NCBI GenBank assembly: GCA_041736175.1
Contig: JBGSUI010000193.1
Span: forward strand, 1-64,000
Length of the DNA: 64,000 nt
From: Oligoflexales bacterium
Lineage (GTDB): Bacteria; Bdellovibrionota_B; Oligoflexia; Oligoflexales; CAIYRB01
Direction of reading: 5' to 3'
In this document: positions 48,350-58,100 of the stretch, in pieces
Numbering within the stretch: the first letter of the stretch is position 1
How the letters are laid out: each line of letters begins with the position of its first letter
Position numbers and translations under genes: made by a program
The notes under the pieces: generated by a model
The model's input: the letters and a program-made list of their open reading frames with translations, nothing else
Database searches by the model: none
What the model was told of the DNA's origin: nothing

Positions 48350-50620
48350 ATGGGATATACTGTCGGAATCGATCTTGGAACGACCAACTCAGCGATTGCT
48401 GCAAAGAAAATTCAGGTCACTTTGGGCCGAAACAGCGAAGGTGACTTCCTCACCCCCTCCTGGGTGTGTGCAGTCCCCCCGGGTTCTGGCGACCAGGAGT
48501 ATGTCGTAGGAAAAGCAGCCAAAGACCTCAGTAAACAATACCCACGGGATACCGTCTTTTCCATCAAACGATTTATCGGCAGGTCCCTCTTCGAGCCCGC
48601 TGCACAACGAGCCCTTAACACCAAAGCCTATCCCTACGCCATCCATGCTGCCCCCGATGATCCAGAACGCCTCCTGGTCACCCTGAGGGATAAAACCTTA
48701 ACTCCCGAGGATTTGTCAGCGCTTATTTTGAAAAAAATTGTGGGGGATGCGGAACTCGACCTCAATGGTAAGGTCGATCAGGCTATTATCACCGTGCCTG
48801 CTTATTTCTCTGATCGGCAGAAACATGCCACCCGGATTGCTTGCGAACAAGCGGGACTCAAAGTCCTAAGGCTCTTGGCAGAGCCTACCGCGGCGGCGAT
48901 CTCCTTTGGCCTCGACCATATCGGCCCCGAAGACTCCAAGACTGTTATGGTGTTTGACCTCGGGGGTGGAACCTTTGATATCTCGATCCTAAGCATCGTC
49001 GGCGGAACCTTTATGGAGGTTACCAAAGGTGGCGATATGTGGCTTGGGGGCGATGATATCGACCAGACCTTGATGTCTTATGTTTTATCCAAAACCGAAA
49101 AAACTTTAAAAGCAGACCTCCCCGAAGGCGGCTTGAGGGCGTTGATCGATCAGTTAGATCCGGTAGCCCAAGCCCGGTTCAGGACCGTCTTTAAGGAAGC
49201 CTGCGAACAAGCTAAAATCGAATTAAGCTCCCAGGAAGAGGCTTACATCGAAGTTTTGGGTTACCTCAAAGACAAAAAAGACCAATGGATCGATATCGAC
49301 GTCAACATAACAAGAACAGAATTTAGCGAATTGCTCGGTCCAACGATAGCTAGGATCGAACAAATCACCTCCCAAGTTCTTACGGATATCCATTTCGAAC
49401 CAGAGCTTATCGACGAAGTGATTATGGTCGGTGGTTCTTCGATGATACCGGCGATTCAAGACGCAATCAAAAAACAGTTTGGCTCTGAAAAAGTTCGTAT
49501 CCATCCTCGTCCTATGTTTGCCATTGTCGAAGGGGCGGCGATTTTAGCCCACCGCCTCGCCGGCGCCGAAAATGCTGAGTGTCAGACTGCAGACGGCGGA
49601 GTCCAACTCATGGGCGGAACAGCCCACGACTACTTCCTGCAGCTCGCGGATGGAAAACGCCTACTTCTCGCCAAAAGAAATAGCCCTCTGCCCCTTAAAA
49701 TTGAACAACAACTGGTCTTCAAAGAGCCCTCCCAGTTGGTCGCCCGGCTGCGGGTCCTCAACGAAGTCGATCACGTCCTAGAGACTGTCGGTGAGTTTTG
49801 GTATTTTCGAGACCACAATCCTGAACGACACAAGCTTACCCTCCATAACAAGCCCCTAGAGATCACCTTAGGTTTTGAAATCGACGAAGACAACGTGATC
49901 CGTCTGCAAGCCTGGCCTACCCTTGACTCCCAGAAAGTCCAGGAAGTGCTGATCTCCCGTGATTTTGGTGCGACCCGCTATTTTAATGAGCTCGAAAAAG
50001 TCGTGAGCCAAATCGCCGCCTCCACCCCCGAAAACGACACCACGGGATTTATTGCGGTTCACCTATCGAATTACATCGTCAAGACCATCCTGGGGCTAAG
50101 TGGTAGCCAAGCCCAAATCCCTGGCGATCGACGCGCTCTTGAAGAGAAGATCTACAAGCAAATCGGGACACTGGAAGAAATTGGAACACAACTAAAGGAA
50201 GTATTTTCTAACTACAAAGAATTAAAACTAATAGATACTTTTGGCGTTTTTGGCTTAACGGACTCTGAAAAAGATATCCACTCTAATCTCATAGGTCTTT
50301 GGGACGAAGCTTGGACAAACTTTACAAATCCCGACGCCTTGCTCAGACTGAGTGATATGACAAAAAAGTTTGTTGAGAGCCTCCCCGACCAATTCGTCAA
50401 TATGGTTTGGTTTAATGCAAGCATCATTAATCATTATCCCAAAGACTCCAAAACAGTGCGTGAGAGCATCAAAAAATACGGGGAATATCGCCGGGCAGAT
50501 CGCCTTGACGATGCCGAAGTTGCTCTCGATGAGGCCAGGGAGGTGAGTACTAAATTTAGCAGTGTGGAAAATACCGTCGTTGGCGGCAATCGCTTTGATC
50601 GAGATGTAGCCGCTCTTTAG
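48350..50620 (+). CDS. Divergent Hsp70-family protein
   Basis: VGIDLGTTNS, TVPAYF, EPTAAA, VFDLGGGTFDISIL, LGGDDID, VGGSSMIP. Atypical linker and substrate-binding domain. Confidence 0.92.
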   Translation: MGYTVGIDLGTTNSAIAAKKIQVTLGRNSEGDFLTPSWVCAVPPGSGDQEYVVGKAAKDLSKQYPRDTVFSIKRFIGRSLFEPAAQRALNTKAYPYAIHAAPDDPERLLVTLRDKTLTPEDLSALILKKIVGDAELDLNGKVDQAIITVPAYFSDRQKHATRIACEQAGLKVLRLLAEPTAAAISFGLDHIGPEDSKTVMVFDLGGGTFDISILSIVGGTFMEVTKGGDMWLGGDDIDQTLMSYVLSKTEKTLKADLPEGGLRALIDQLDPVAQARFRTVFKEACEQAKIELSSQEEAYIEVLGYLKDKKDQWIDIDVNITRTEFSELLGPTIARIEQITSQVLTDIHFEPELIDEVIMVGGSSMIPAIQDAIKKQFGSEKVRIHPRPMFAIVEGAAILAHRLAGAENAECQTADGGVQLMGGTAHDYFLQLADGKRLLLAKRNSPLPLKIEQQLVFKEPSQLVARLRVLNEVDHVLETVGEFWYFRDHNPERHKLTLHNKPLEITLGFEIDEDNVIRLQAWPTLDSQKVQEVLISRDFGATRYFNELEKVVSQIAASTPENDTTGFIAVHLSNYIVKTILGLSGSQAQIPGDRRALEEKIYKQIGTLEEIGTQLKEVFSNYKELKLIDTFGVFGLTDSEKDIHSNLIGLWDEAWTNFTNPDALLRLSDMTKKFVESLPDQFVNMVWFNASIINHYPKDSKTVRESIKKYGEYRRADRLDDAEVALDEAREVSTKFSSVENTVVGGNRFDRDVAAL

Positions 50621-50621
50621 T

Positions 50622-51227
50622 TTGAGGAATATACTTTTGAAGTGCCCTGTTTGCGGGTTATCGGGAATCGAATCGGGACAGCTTAGCTGTCCCCAGTGTT
50701 CTTCTGATATCCAAGTCCACAGTATGATCGATTCAATTATGGTTAAGCTCAAGGGGGCTGCTGAACCACAGCAGCCTTCCGCTCCTATGCTTCCCCTTCA
50801 AAAACCTATCGCGGAGTCTTCGATGGAACCTAGCCCCCCAGCTCCTACCGATGCCGTTCCTATTTACAAGTCCAGATCCCTTGAGATTTTGACACTCTGC
50901 ATGATCGTGACTCTGCTCGTAGCCCTTGGTACTGCTGTCTATCTTCGCGACTCTATCAAATCTCTAGAAACTAAAATCGCTCTTTTAGAATCCCCCAAAA
51001 TAACCCAAGCGCCCCCAGCGGCACCCCATGACACCTCCTCTCTAGAGCTAGTTGCCAAAATCACAGATATTCTCAAAGACTCCATGGGTGCCCTTTCCGC
51101 CGAGCGGCGGGAGGTGGAGAGGCTCCGGCAGGAGATTGACCTCCTTAAGACGGAAAAACAAAAGATTTCGGGCCCGCAAATATCCAGTCCTCCAATCCTA
51201 GACAACGTCAGCCCATCAACACACTAA
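50622..51227 (+). CDS. Zn-ribbon + TM + coiled-coil protein
   Basis: CPVC-x10-CPQC, Pro-rich linker, TM ILTLCMIVTLLVALGTAVYL, coiled coil. Confidence 0.75.
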   Translation: MRNILLKCPVCGLSGIESGQLSCPQCSSDIQVHSMIDSIMVKLKGAAEPQQPSAPMLPLQKPIAESSMEPSPPAPTDAVPIYKSRSLEILTLCMIVTLLVALGTAVYLRDSIKSLETKIALLESPKITQAPPAAPHDTSSLELVAKITDILKDSMGALSAERREVERLRQEIDLLKTEKQKISGPQISSPPILDNVSPSTH

Positions 51228-51256
51228 ACTATTTATTTTGATAGGGATAAGCTTTT

Positions 51257-53455
51257 ATGGCACGATATAAACCTCACTTTAAGTCCAATAAACAGCTGCA
51301 AAAAACCTCCCAAAAAATAAATCAGTTGGTACAAAACGGTGACTACCAAAACCTTATCAACACCCTCTGTCCAAGGTACGACCAAGCTGACTGCATAGAT
51401 GAGTTATTGCCTAGTCTCAGCAACGACCAAAAATATGCCCTCGGCCTGGCTTTTTATAAGCTGCAGCAACCCCGTAAAGCCCTTACCCTGTGGGCTGGAC
51501 TCCAGAAAAAACGGGGAGAGGACTTTGATCACCAGCTCAAAAATCTGGCGACCACCCTTTTAGGCCAATGGGATGCCGGCCAACAAAACAGAGCGGGTGC
51601 TTCGTCACAGGCACCCTGGAGCCCCTCAGAAGTCAGGGGTCTCTATAACGTTACAAAAAACCTAAACCCAACCCACCCTAGTTTCCCAGTCCTTAAAGAT
51701 CTTTTTTTGAAAACCCTTTGGAACCAAGGTCAGACCCTGCTGATCGACGACAACCTGCTTAAACCAGTCGAAAACCCTCCCTTGACCGAAATATCAAAGA
51801 TCCTAGGGCAAAGTGATGCCGGGGACCTAGGCACCTTGATCAATCAGACCCAATGCCAGTTCTGGACTCGGCGGAATGGAACTCTTGAGGCGAAATTCAT
51901 ATTTCTCAATCAATATTTAAGTGTCGCGGCAAGTCTCGTTCACAATCAAAATCCAGGGGTTTTTACCAAACACATACTCCCGTATGTGGAGTCCTTTTTC
52001 GAGTGGTACGGTCCGACCTTAGGCTCACACCTAGCATCCTTACGCAGCCTCGCCTTGATTCAGGTTAAAATCCTTGATCAGGTCAGTCAATACCTGCATT
52101 CAGGGGAATCAGCCTACGTACTGAAAAATTCAATCCTATGGAGCCCGGGATCCTATGTTAGGCAGAGCCTAGAAGACCAGAACGATTCCGAATCGCTTTA
52201 TAGAGCTCTCCCCTCTCATCTGGCTTTTTTCTACACCGAAGTAGGATTTTCTATCCTCGTCAACCAAACAGGTTGCGACCGATCCCTCACAAAAATAGAC
52301 CAAGACAAGCTGATGTCTACGAGTTTTCTCGAAAATCTTATGAAGTCCGGCAACACCTACGGCTTTCTTTGTGGACTCGTTCTTCTCGCCCAAAAGCAAG
52401 GGAGTTTGGCGCACGATTTTCTCATCGCCCTAGAGGAAAAGGGGGCCCTTGAATGGTGCCAAGAGGAACTTGAGCGCTATTTAAGTGAAACCTTGGATCA
52501 TAATGAGTTTTGGATTCGAAACGGAGACTTGCTTTCGATATGGCTCTACCTCGTCAAGAGCTGTCCTAACGTCAGCAGTTCTACCGGCATCGAAGACATC
52601 TTTTCCCGAAGGATATTTTCGTTTCTAGAAAATCGCATCGAAAACAAAAACCTTTGTCTGCACTGCCTTCATCAATTTTTAAAATATCTACCCCAGGAGC
52701 GGACAAATGCCCTCCTAACCACATTCATTTTAGCACTCGAAGAAAGTGTAGAATTCATCGAAGAAATTAGGGAGAAAGGCTATGGAATAGCGACCCCAAG
52801 GGGACTGCTTAGAAAAGTGAAAATAAAACCAAAAGACTACTTCGCAAAGCTAGTCAATGCCTACTTGAACACCAGCCCCATCGTAGGTTTTTGGCAAGAT
52901 CGAACCCGACGCTATTTTATCAGCAGCCTTGAAACTTATTTTGACTCACTCAAGTTAAGCGACGAGATGACCGAAAAACTCAACATGGTCTTTATGGAAC
53001 CCTACGATATCACACACGATGGTCTTGAGGAATTCCGGATTGCACTAGAAAAAGTCGCACCATCCCTAGGATGTTCTATGGAACTTACCAAGTTGCTAGC
53101 AATTGGCAAACGGCAATATTCTGAGGCTAAAGCGACTAAGTCTCAAGAAGTCGTGTCTAAACAAAATTCTCATTTTCTAACCAACCCCTATCGAATCCTC
53201 GGTTTCGAGTCACAACCGACCAAACAACAAGTTATGGCTGCTGTCCTCCAACAAATGAAAAAAAATCCACAAAATCTGATCACCATCCGCTTAGCCCAGT
53301 CGTCCTTGTTTGACGCTCTCAGTGGCCCGGTTTTTTCTTTTCTCTACTGTTTCTATCGTGGGCCTTCGAATCCAGTCACCATAGCCCCTGCCCCTAAAGA
53401 GAACCCGGTGACCCGCAGCCTAGATGTTACAGAGACGACTGGAGGAGTCGGGTGA
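51257..53455 (+). CDS. Large helical protein with C-terminal degenerate J-like domain
   Basis: TPR-like YALGLAFYKLQQPRKALTLW; C-terminal NPYRILGFESQPTKQQV...KNPQ...IRLAQSSLFD. Confidence 0.7.
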   Translation: MARYKPHFKSNKQLQKTSQKINQLVQNGDYQNLINTLCPRYDQADCIDELLPSLSNDQKYALGLAFYKLQQPRKALTLWAGLQKKRGEDFDHQLKNLATTLLGQWDAGQQNRAGASSQAPWSPSEVRGLYNVTKNLNPTHPSFPVLKDLFLKTLWNQGQTLLIDDNLLKPVENPPLTEISKILGQSDAGDLGTLINQTQCQFWTRRNGTLEAKFIFLNQYLSVAASLVHNQNPGVFTKHILPYVESFFEWYGPTLGSHLASLRSLALIQVKILDQVSQYLHSGESAYVLKNSILWSPGSYVRQSLEDQNDSESLYRALPSHLAFFYTEVGFSILVNQTGCDRSLTKIDQDKLMSTSFLENLMKSGNTYGFLCGLVLLAQKQGSLAHDFLIALEEKGALEWCQEELERYLSETLDHNEFWIRNGDLLSIWLYLVKSCPNVSSSTGIEDIFSRRIFSFLENRIENKNLCLHCLHQFLKYLPQERTNALLTTFILALEESVEFIEEIREKGYGIATPRGLLRKVKIKPKDYFAKLVNAYLNTSPIVGFWQDRTRRYFISSLETYFDSLKLSDEMTEKLNMVFMEPYDITHDGLEEFRIALEKVAPSLGCSMELTKLLAIGKRQYSEAKATKSQEVVSKQNSHFLTNPYRILGFESQPTKQQVMAAVLQQMKKNPQNLITIRLAQSSLFDALSGPVFSFLYCFYRGPSNPVTIAPAPKENPVTRSLDVTETTGGVG

Positions 53456-53880
53456 GCTTCGATAGCAAGACCCTGGTAGAAACCCTAGGGGGTATTCAAG
53501 GGAGAATCATGCAAACCCAGAGAAAGCTCGTGGAGGTGTCTGAGGCTCACCATGAGGAGCAACTTCGGACCGAAAAAAAGCTCCTAGAGATTCACCTGGG
53601 CACCATTGAAATCCTAGATCTTGCAGAAAGACTCTCTAAAAATGCCGAGATCCCCGAGTTAAAGCGTGTGATCCAAAAATGCCAATCCACCCTTAAACGC
53701 CATGGCATCCACGAGATCCAAGCAGAACAGGTGACCCCCCATTTGGTCAAAGTCATCGAAACCCGCGCCCATGACTCCCTCAAACCTGGTTCCATCCTCG
53801 AAGTCAGTAGGAAAGGCTACCAAATGGGTAGCAAAGTCCTCAGAGCCATGGAAGTCATCGCCGTCAAAGAAGCCGATTAG
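53452..53880 (+). CDS. grpE: GrpE-like nucleotide exchange factor
   Basis: Coiled coil then VKVIET...PGSILEVSRKGYQMGSKVLRAMEVIAVK; GTGA overlap with the upstream gene. Confidence 0.85.
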   Translation: MSFDSKTLVETLGGIQGRIMQTQRKLVEVSEAHHEEQLRTEKKLLEIHLGTIEILDLAERLSKNAEIPELKRVIQKCQSTLKRHGIHEIQAEQVTPHLVKVIETRAHDSLKPGSILEVSRKGYQMGSKVLRAMEVIAVKEAD

Positions 53881-55061
53881 TGCACGCTAGGCCACCTTTT
53901 ACGGGAGCCCATAAGGTTTTTAACTAGGGCGCCCATAAAAACAGTCGGAGCGAGCCCCAAGGTATAGGTATGACTTGGAGTGTGTGGATAGATGCGGCCA
54001 AAACCACCTAGAAAGAGAGCTAACACGGGGGTCTCCGAGAGCATATAGATCAGCCTCTCGGGGATTTTATCGAGTTTATAGTTTTCCATCGTTTGGGCGA
54101 AGGAACGGTTGAACTCAAGACATAATTCTTGCACCGCTGCGCTCAGTGCCTGGATGAGAGGCTTTAAGGAAGTACGGTGTGAAAGATCCTGTAAATCGTC
54201 AGCCAACAGGCAAAGCTCCTTGACCTGTGTCTGCAATTGGGCCAGATCCACCTGGACATTAAAACCAACCCCGCTCATACAGAGAGCTAGCTCGATGCTC
54301 ATCCCCTTTAACAACAACGTATTTTGGTTCTGACTATTAGAAGAAGCCTGTGTGGTGACCAGCTCCAAAGACTTTTGACAGCATGCTCCCATAAGATCAA
54401 AAAATTCGCGATTCATAAAAGTCTCTGATTCGTCGGCTTGCATCAGCAGCTCTAGAGCCTTGGCTTGCATATCTCGGATAGTTTGCAGCCTTTTTGGGAT
54501 TGGTGAGCCACTTTTAAGTTTACCCCCAATCAATGGGTCTAGGGGTTGACCTCTAAACAATTTGAGATGTTGATTTTCAAACTTTACCGACAGACAGATC
54601 TCCAGATTATTGATTTGCATGATAGATCCGAGGAGTAGCTTTACTTCACTAAAACACCTCTCAAAATGTTTTGCCTTTGGCTGATGGGCGACGAGCCTTA
54701 GAAAAGTTGGAGCTGAGCCTTCCAGTTCGTCTAAACAATGCTGTATCTTTGGGATCGTCCTCGCAAAGCTATCAGACCAAGGCAAGGCTCCCCCCGTAAC
54801 CTTTGCTAGTTTAGGTTTTATAGATTTAGTTTCCCCAGCGAGATTGGGCCAGTCTAACCGATTCAATACGCTAGAGAGCAATGCTCGCTCCCCTGGCCCG
54901 GAGGTGCTAAGTCCAGGAATCATCTGGTAAGCGGACTCCCAATCGATAACCAATCCCTTAGGGGTGATTTTAACCCAGGGACTTGCCTCCGCACATTGCT
55001 GCCAAAGAGCTGAAAGGCGAGGACTCTGACCTGAAATCAAGACTTGTGGGGGCAAATGCAT
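53877..55061 (-). CDS. Hypothetical protein
   Basis: 394-aa ORF downstream of an SNF2 helicase; AAGGA RBS; no recognised motif. Confidence 0.7.
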   Translation of the reverse strand: MHLPPQVLISGQSPRLSALWQQCAEASPWVKITPKGLVIDWESAYQMIPGLSTSGPGERALLSSVLNRLDWPNLAGETKSIKPKLAKVTGGALPWSDSFARTIPKIQHCLDELEGSAPTFLRLVAHQPKAKHFERCFSEVKLLLGSIMQINNLEICLSVKFENQHLKLFRGQPLDPLIGGKLKSGSPIPKRLQTIRDMQAKALELLMQADESETFMNREFFDLMGACCQKSLELVTTQASSNSQNQNTLLLKGMSIELALCMSGVGFNVQVDLAQLQTQVKELCLLADDLQDLSHRTSLKPLIQALSAAVQELCLEFNRSFAQTMENYKLDKIPERLIYMLSETPVLALFLGGFGRIYPHTPSHTYTLGLAPTVFMGALVKNLMGSRKRWPSVH

Positions 55062-55134
55062 TTTTTGAGTATCCTTGTGATTGGATCACCATATCGTTTG
55101 CTGAGGTTTCATGCTGAGATTCGAAGCTGACAAC

Positions 55135-58100
55135 CTACAGTGCTTTGAGACTTTTACGAAACACACCCTGGGGATCGACCAGATGGAGAAACCCCTCGCG
55201 ATTTTCCAGAGAATCCGCCAGATTTGCCTCTGTGGTCGCTCCGAGGAGATCAGAGCTTAGGCCTCTTTTTTTTCTAAACATCTCGCCAATAGACTCCTCA
55301 ATCGTCCCCTGACTCGTCAGGGTATGGACTCCTACGTGGCTCGTCTGGCCAATCCGGTGGGCGCGGTCCGTCGCCTGGTCTTCGACGGCAGGATTCCACC
55401 ACCGATCAAGATGGATCACACAATCAGCCCCTGTCAGGTTTAACCCGGTTCCGCCAGCTTTCAGACTTAGGATAAGGATCGGAGCCGGTTGGTTTAGGGA
55501 CTTGGTCCGACAGGCTGCGTTAAAGTCGTCTACCATCGCTTGGCGATGTTCAGGTGACAAACCTCCATGAATCATAGGCGCAAGACTTCCGTGGGCTCCT
55601 GATGGGTCTCCTTGTGACACAATCCTCTGAACCATCTCTCCAGCGGCTAAATACTGGGTGAAAATAAGAATCCCCCGGCACTGGATGATCCGGTCATCGA
55701 TAAGGTCTCGCAAGACTGCAAGTTTGCCACTGCGCTCAAGCCAAACTTCAAATTTTGATTTTTTCAATCCAGATTCCACCTGGTATTTATAAGTCAGCTT
55801 TTTGAGCTTTTGGGACCATAGGAACCCTTCATCTTTAGGGATAGAATTCTCGTCCTCCTCACCAAAAAACAGCTCGGGATGAATACAAATCTGTTTAAGG
55901 TGTAAAATTGCCTTTAAATAGATGGATTTTCTCTGAAACAAGGTGGTCTTTTCTGCAACCTCGGCCACACACATCTCTATCACTGCTTGGTAGAGAATCT
56001 GCTGCTCCTGGGAAAGATCACAGGGAGTATCCTGGTGGATTTTGTCGGGCAGTCCTAGAGCGACCTGGGGATCAGCCTTAAGCCGCCTTAAGATCAGGGG
56101 GTCTAAACAGATCCGTAGGGGTGCTAAAAGTAGTTTTTTTTGTTCGGAAGAACGGGCTTTTAAAGTATAGGCCGAAAAGCTTTTCTGATCCCCCAAGTAA
56201 CCAGGATTTAACCAGTCGACAAGTGACCACAGCTCCGCCGCTCGATTTTCAACAGGGGTCCCGGTAAGAGCAATACGGTGGCGGCACCTAAGGCGCTTCA
56301 CTGCGTCAGAGATCTGGGTATGGGCGTTTTTAATCGCATGGGCTTCGTCTAGGATTACCAAGTTCCAATCGATTTTATAGAGGATGTCCTCATCCAGCCT
56401 AAGCCGCGGATAGGTCACCAAAACCACCTCCACAGCATCAGGTACCATGCCATCTCGTCCACAGTCTTCGCCCCAGACTGCCACCGAAAGATTGGGGCCA
56501 AACTGGCCAAGCTCCCGCAGCCAGTTGAGCTTTAAAGTCTTAGGCATCACCACCAAAGACGGTTGGTTACCAGACCCTTCGGCGCGGCTTCTGGTAGCCA
56601 GAGATCGCAGCAGTCCTATGGCTTGGATGGTTTTACCGAGGCCCATTTCGTCGGCAAGGCACACCCCCAATCCCAATTTAAGGCGCAGATAGGCCCACGC
56701 AATCCCATGAATCTGATAAGGCCGCAGGATAGGAATGAGATCGCTCAGTTTTCCTTTGAGAAGTTGCTGCCCTAAATCCACCAAAGTCTGGTCGTCAATC
56801 TGCTTATGGATAGGGGTGACTTTAAGAGAGACCTGCCGCATGTACTCCTCCGGCGCCATGGTGGGGAGGTTGGTTTCCTCTAGGGTACGCATCTGGACTT
56901 TCCATAGATCCGAGAGACCTAGGTTTTGGAACTTGAGGTAAACCTTTTTTCTCAGGTCAAATTGATGGGTTTTAGCTAGATACACCTCTTCAGAGACAAA
57001 CTTATCATTCCCTAGACTGTAAAAACCTGATTTTATTTTTTTTGCCTTAAACCAGGTTGATTCGTCGATCTCCTCCCCATCGACCTCAAAGTAGGGCCTT
57101 GGCTCAAACCGGATATTTCCGACCATTTCCAAGAGACCCGTCGCAGAGTCTAGGTCAGCGCCTTCGGACCGGAGCCTCCGACTGACCAGATCTAAGAGGA
57201 GCTTAAGGTCCATGCCCGCGTATTGTGCATCCAGTGCTTCAAAACGCACCCCAAGACCAACTTTACTCGCTTCAAGCTCGACCTCGATGACTCTGAGATT
57301 TGGCAGACCTTCATCTGGTATAGCAAGCCTATCTGAAATACTTAGTTCGAGGGGCGACAGGAGTTTTCCCATAAAACTGGCAAGTAAAGCGAAGACTTCT
57401 TCCCACTCCCACGTTTCTGGGTACACCTGGTCTCCAGGTTTCAATTCCTTAAAATCAAGATCTACGTCGATTGCTTGTTTGATCAAAAACTCTGGGTTTA
57501 AAAATAATTCGGGCATCGTAAACAAACCATAGGCCAGATCAGCAATCTGCCACAGGTTTCCAAAGGGCCAGACCCATTGCTGGGACCGATCGTAATAATG
57601 AAGTGTTCCTTCCACCAATTCATTTCCCTGCACTCTTTCTATAAGATCTCGAAGGGATTCATAGCGATTATCATTGGTGGGAAATTTTTTTTTCCATAAA
57701 GACTCCTTAACCGCTGCCACCTCAGGTCTGACCACCATCGGTACAATATGGACCTTAGGATTTGAGGATTCGGCAGGGATAGATTCAACAGGCTTATGGG
57801 AGGCCAAAGTGAAAATCATGGGCCCCCTTTTGGAATAGGATAGTTTCCTGTCAAAAGCAAAAGTACCGATAGAATCAGGGCTACACCGGCGTGAAAGAGC
57901 CTGAGTGACGATCGCCAAATCTTGTCCAAAAGACCCCAATAAATCCTGGATCACCGCATCATCCAGCACTTTTTGCCAAATATACAGGTCAATTGCTGTT
58001 TTTTTCGCGTCAGACTGAGAATCAATTTCTAGATATTCAAACCGACCTTCCTGGCTAGCGTTTAGCTCTCGGGCTGTCCGACGGTACTCCTGACTCCCTA

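Noticed and set aside
53877..55061. SWIM zinc-finger partner of SNF2
   Set aside because: No CxC...CxH motif is visible.
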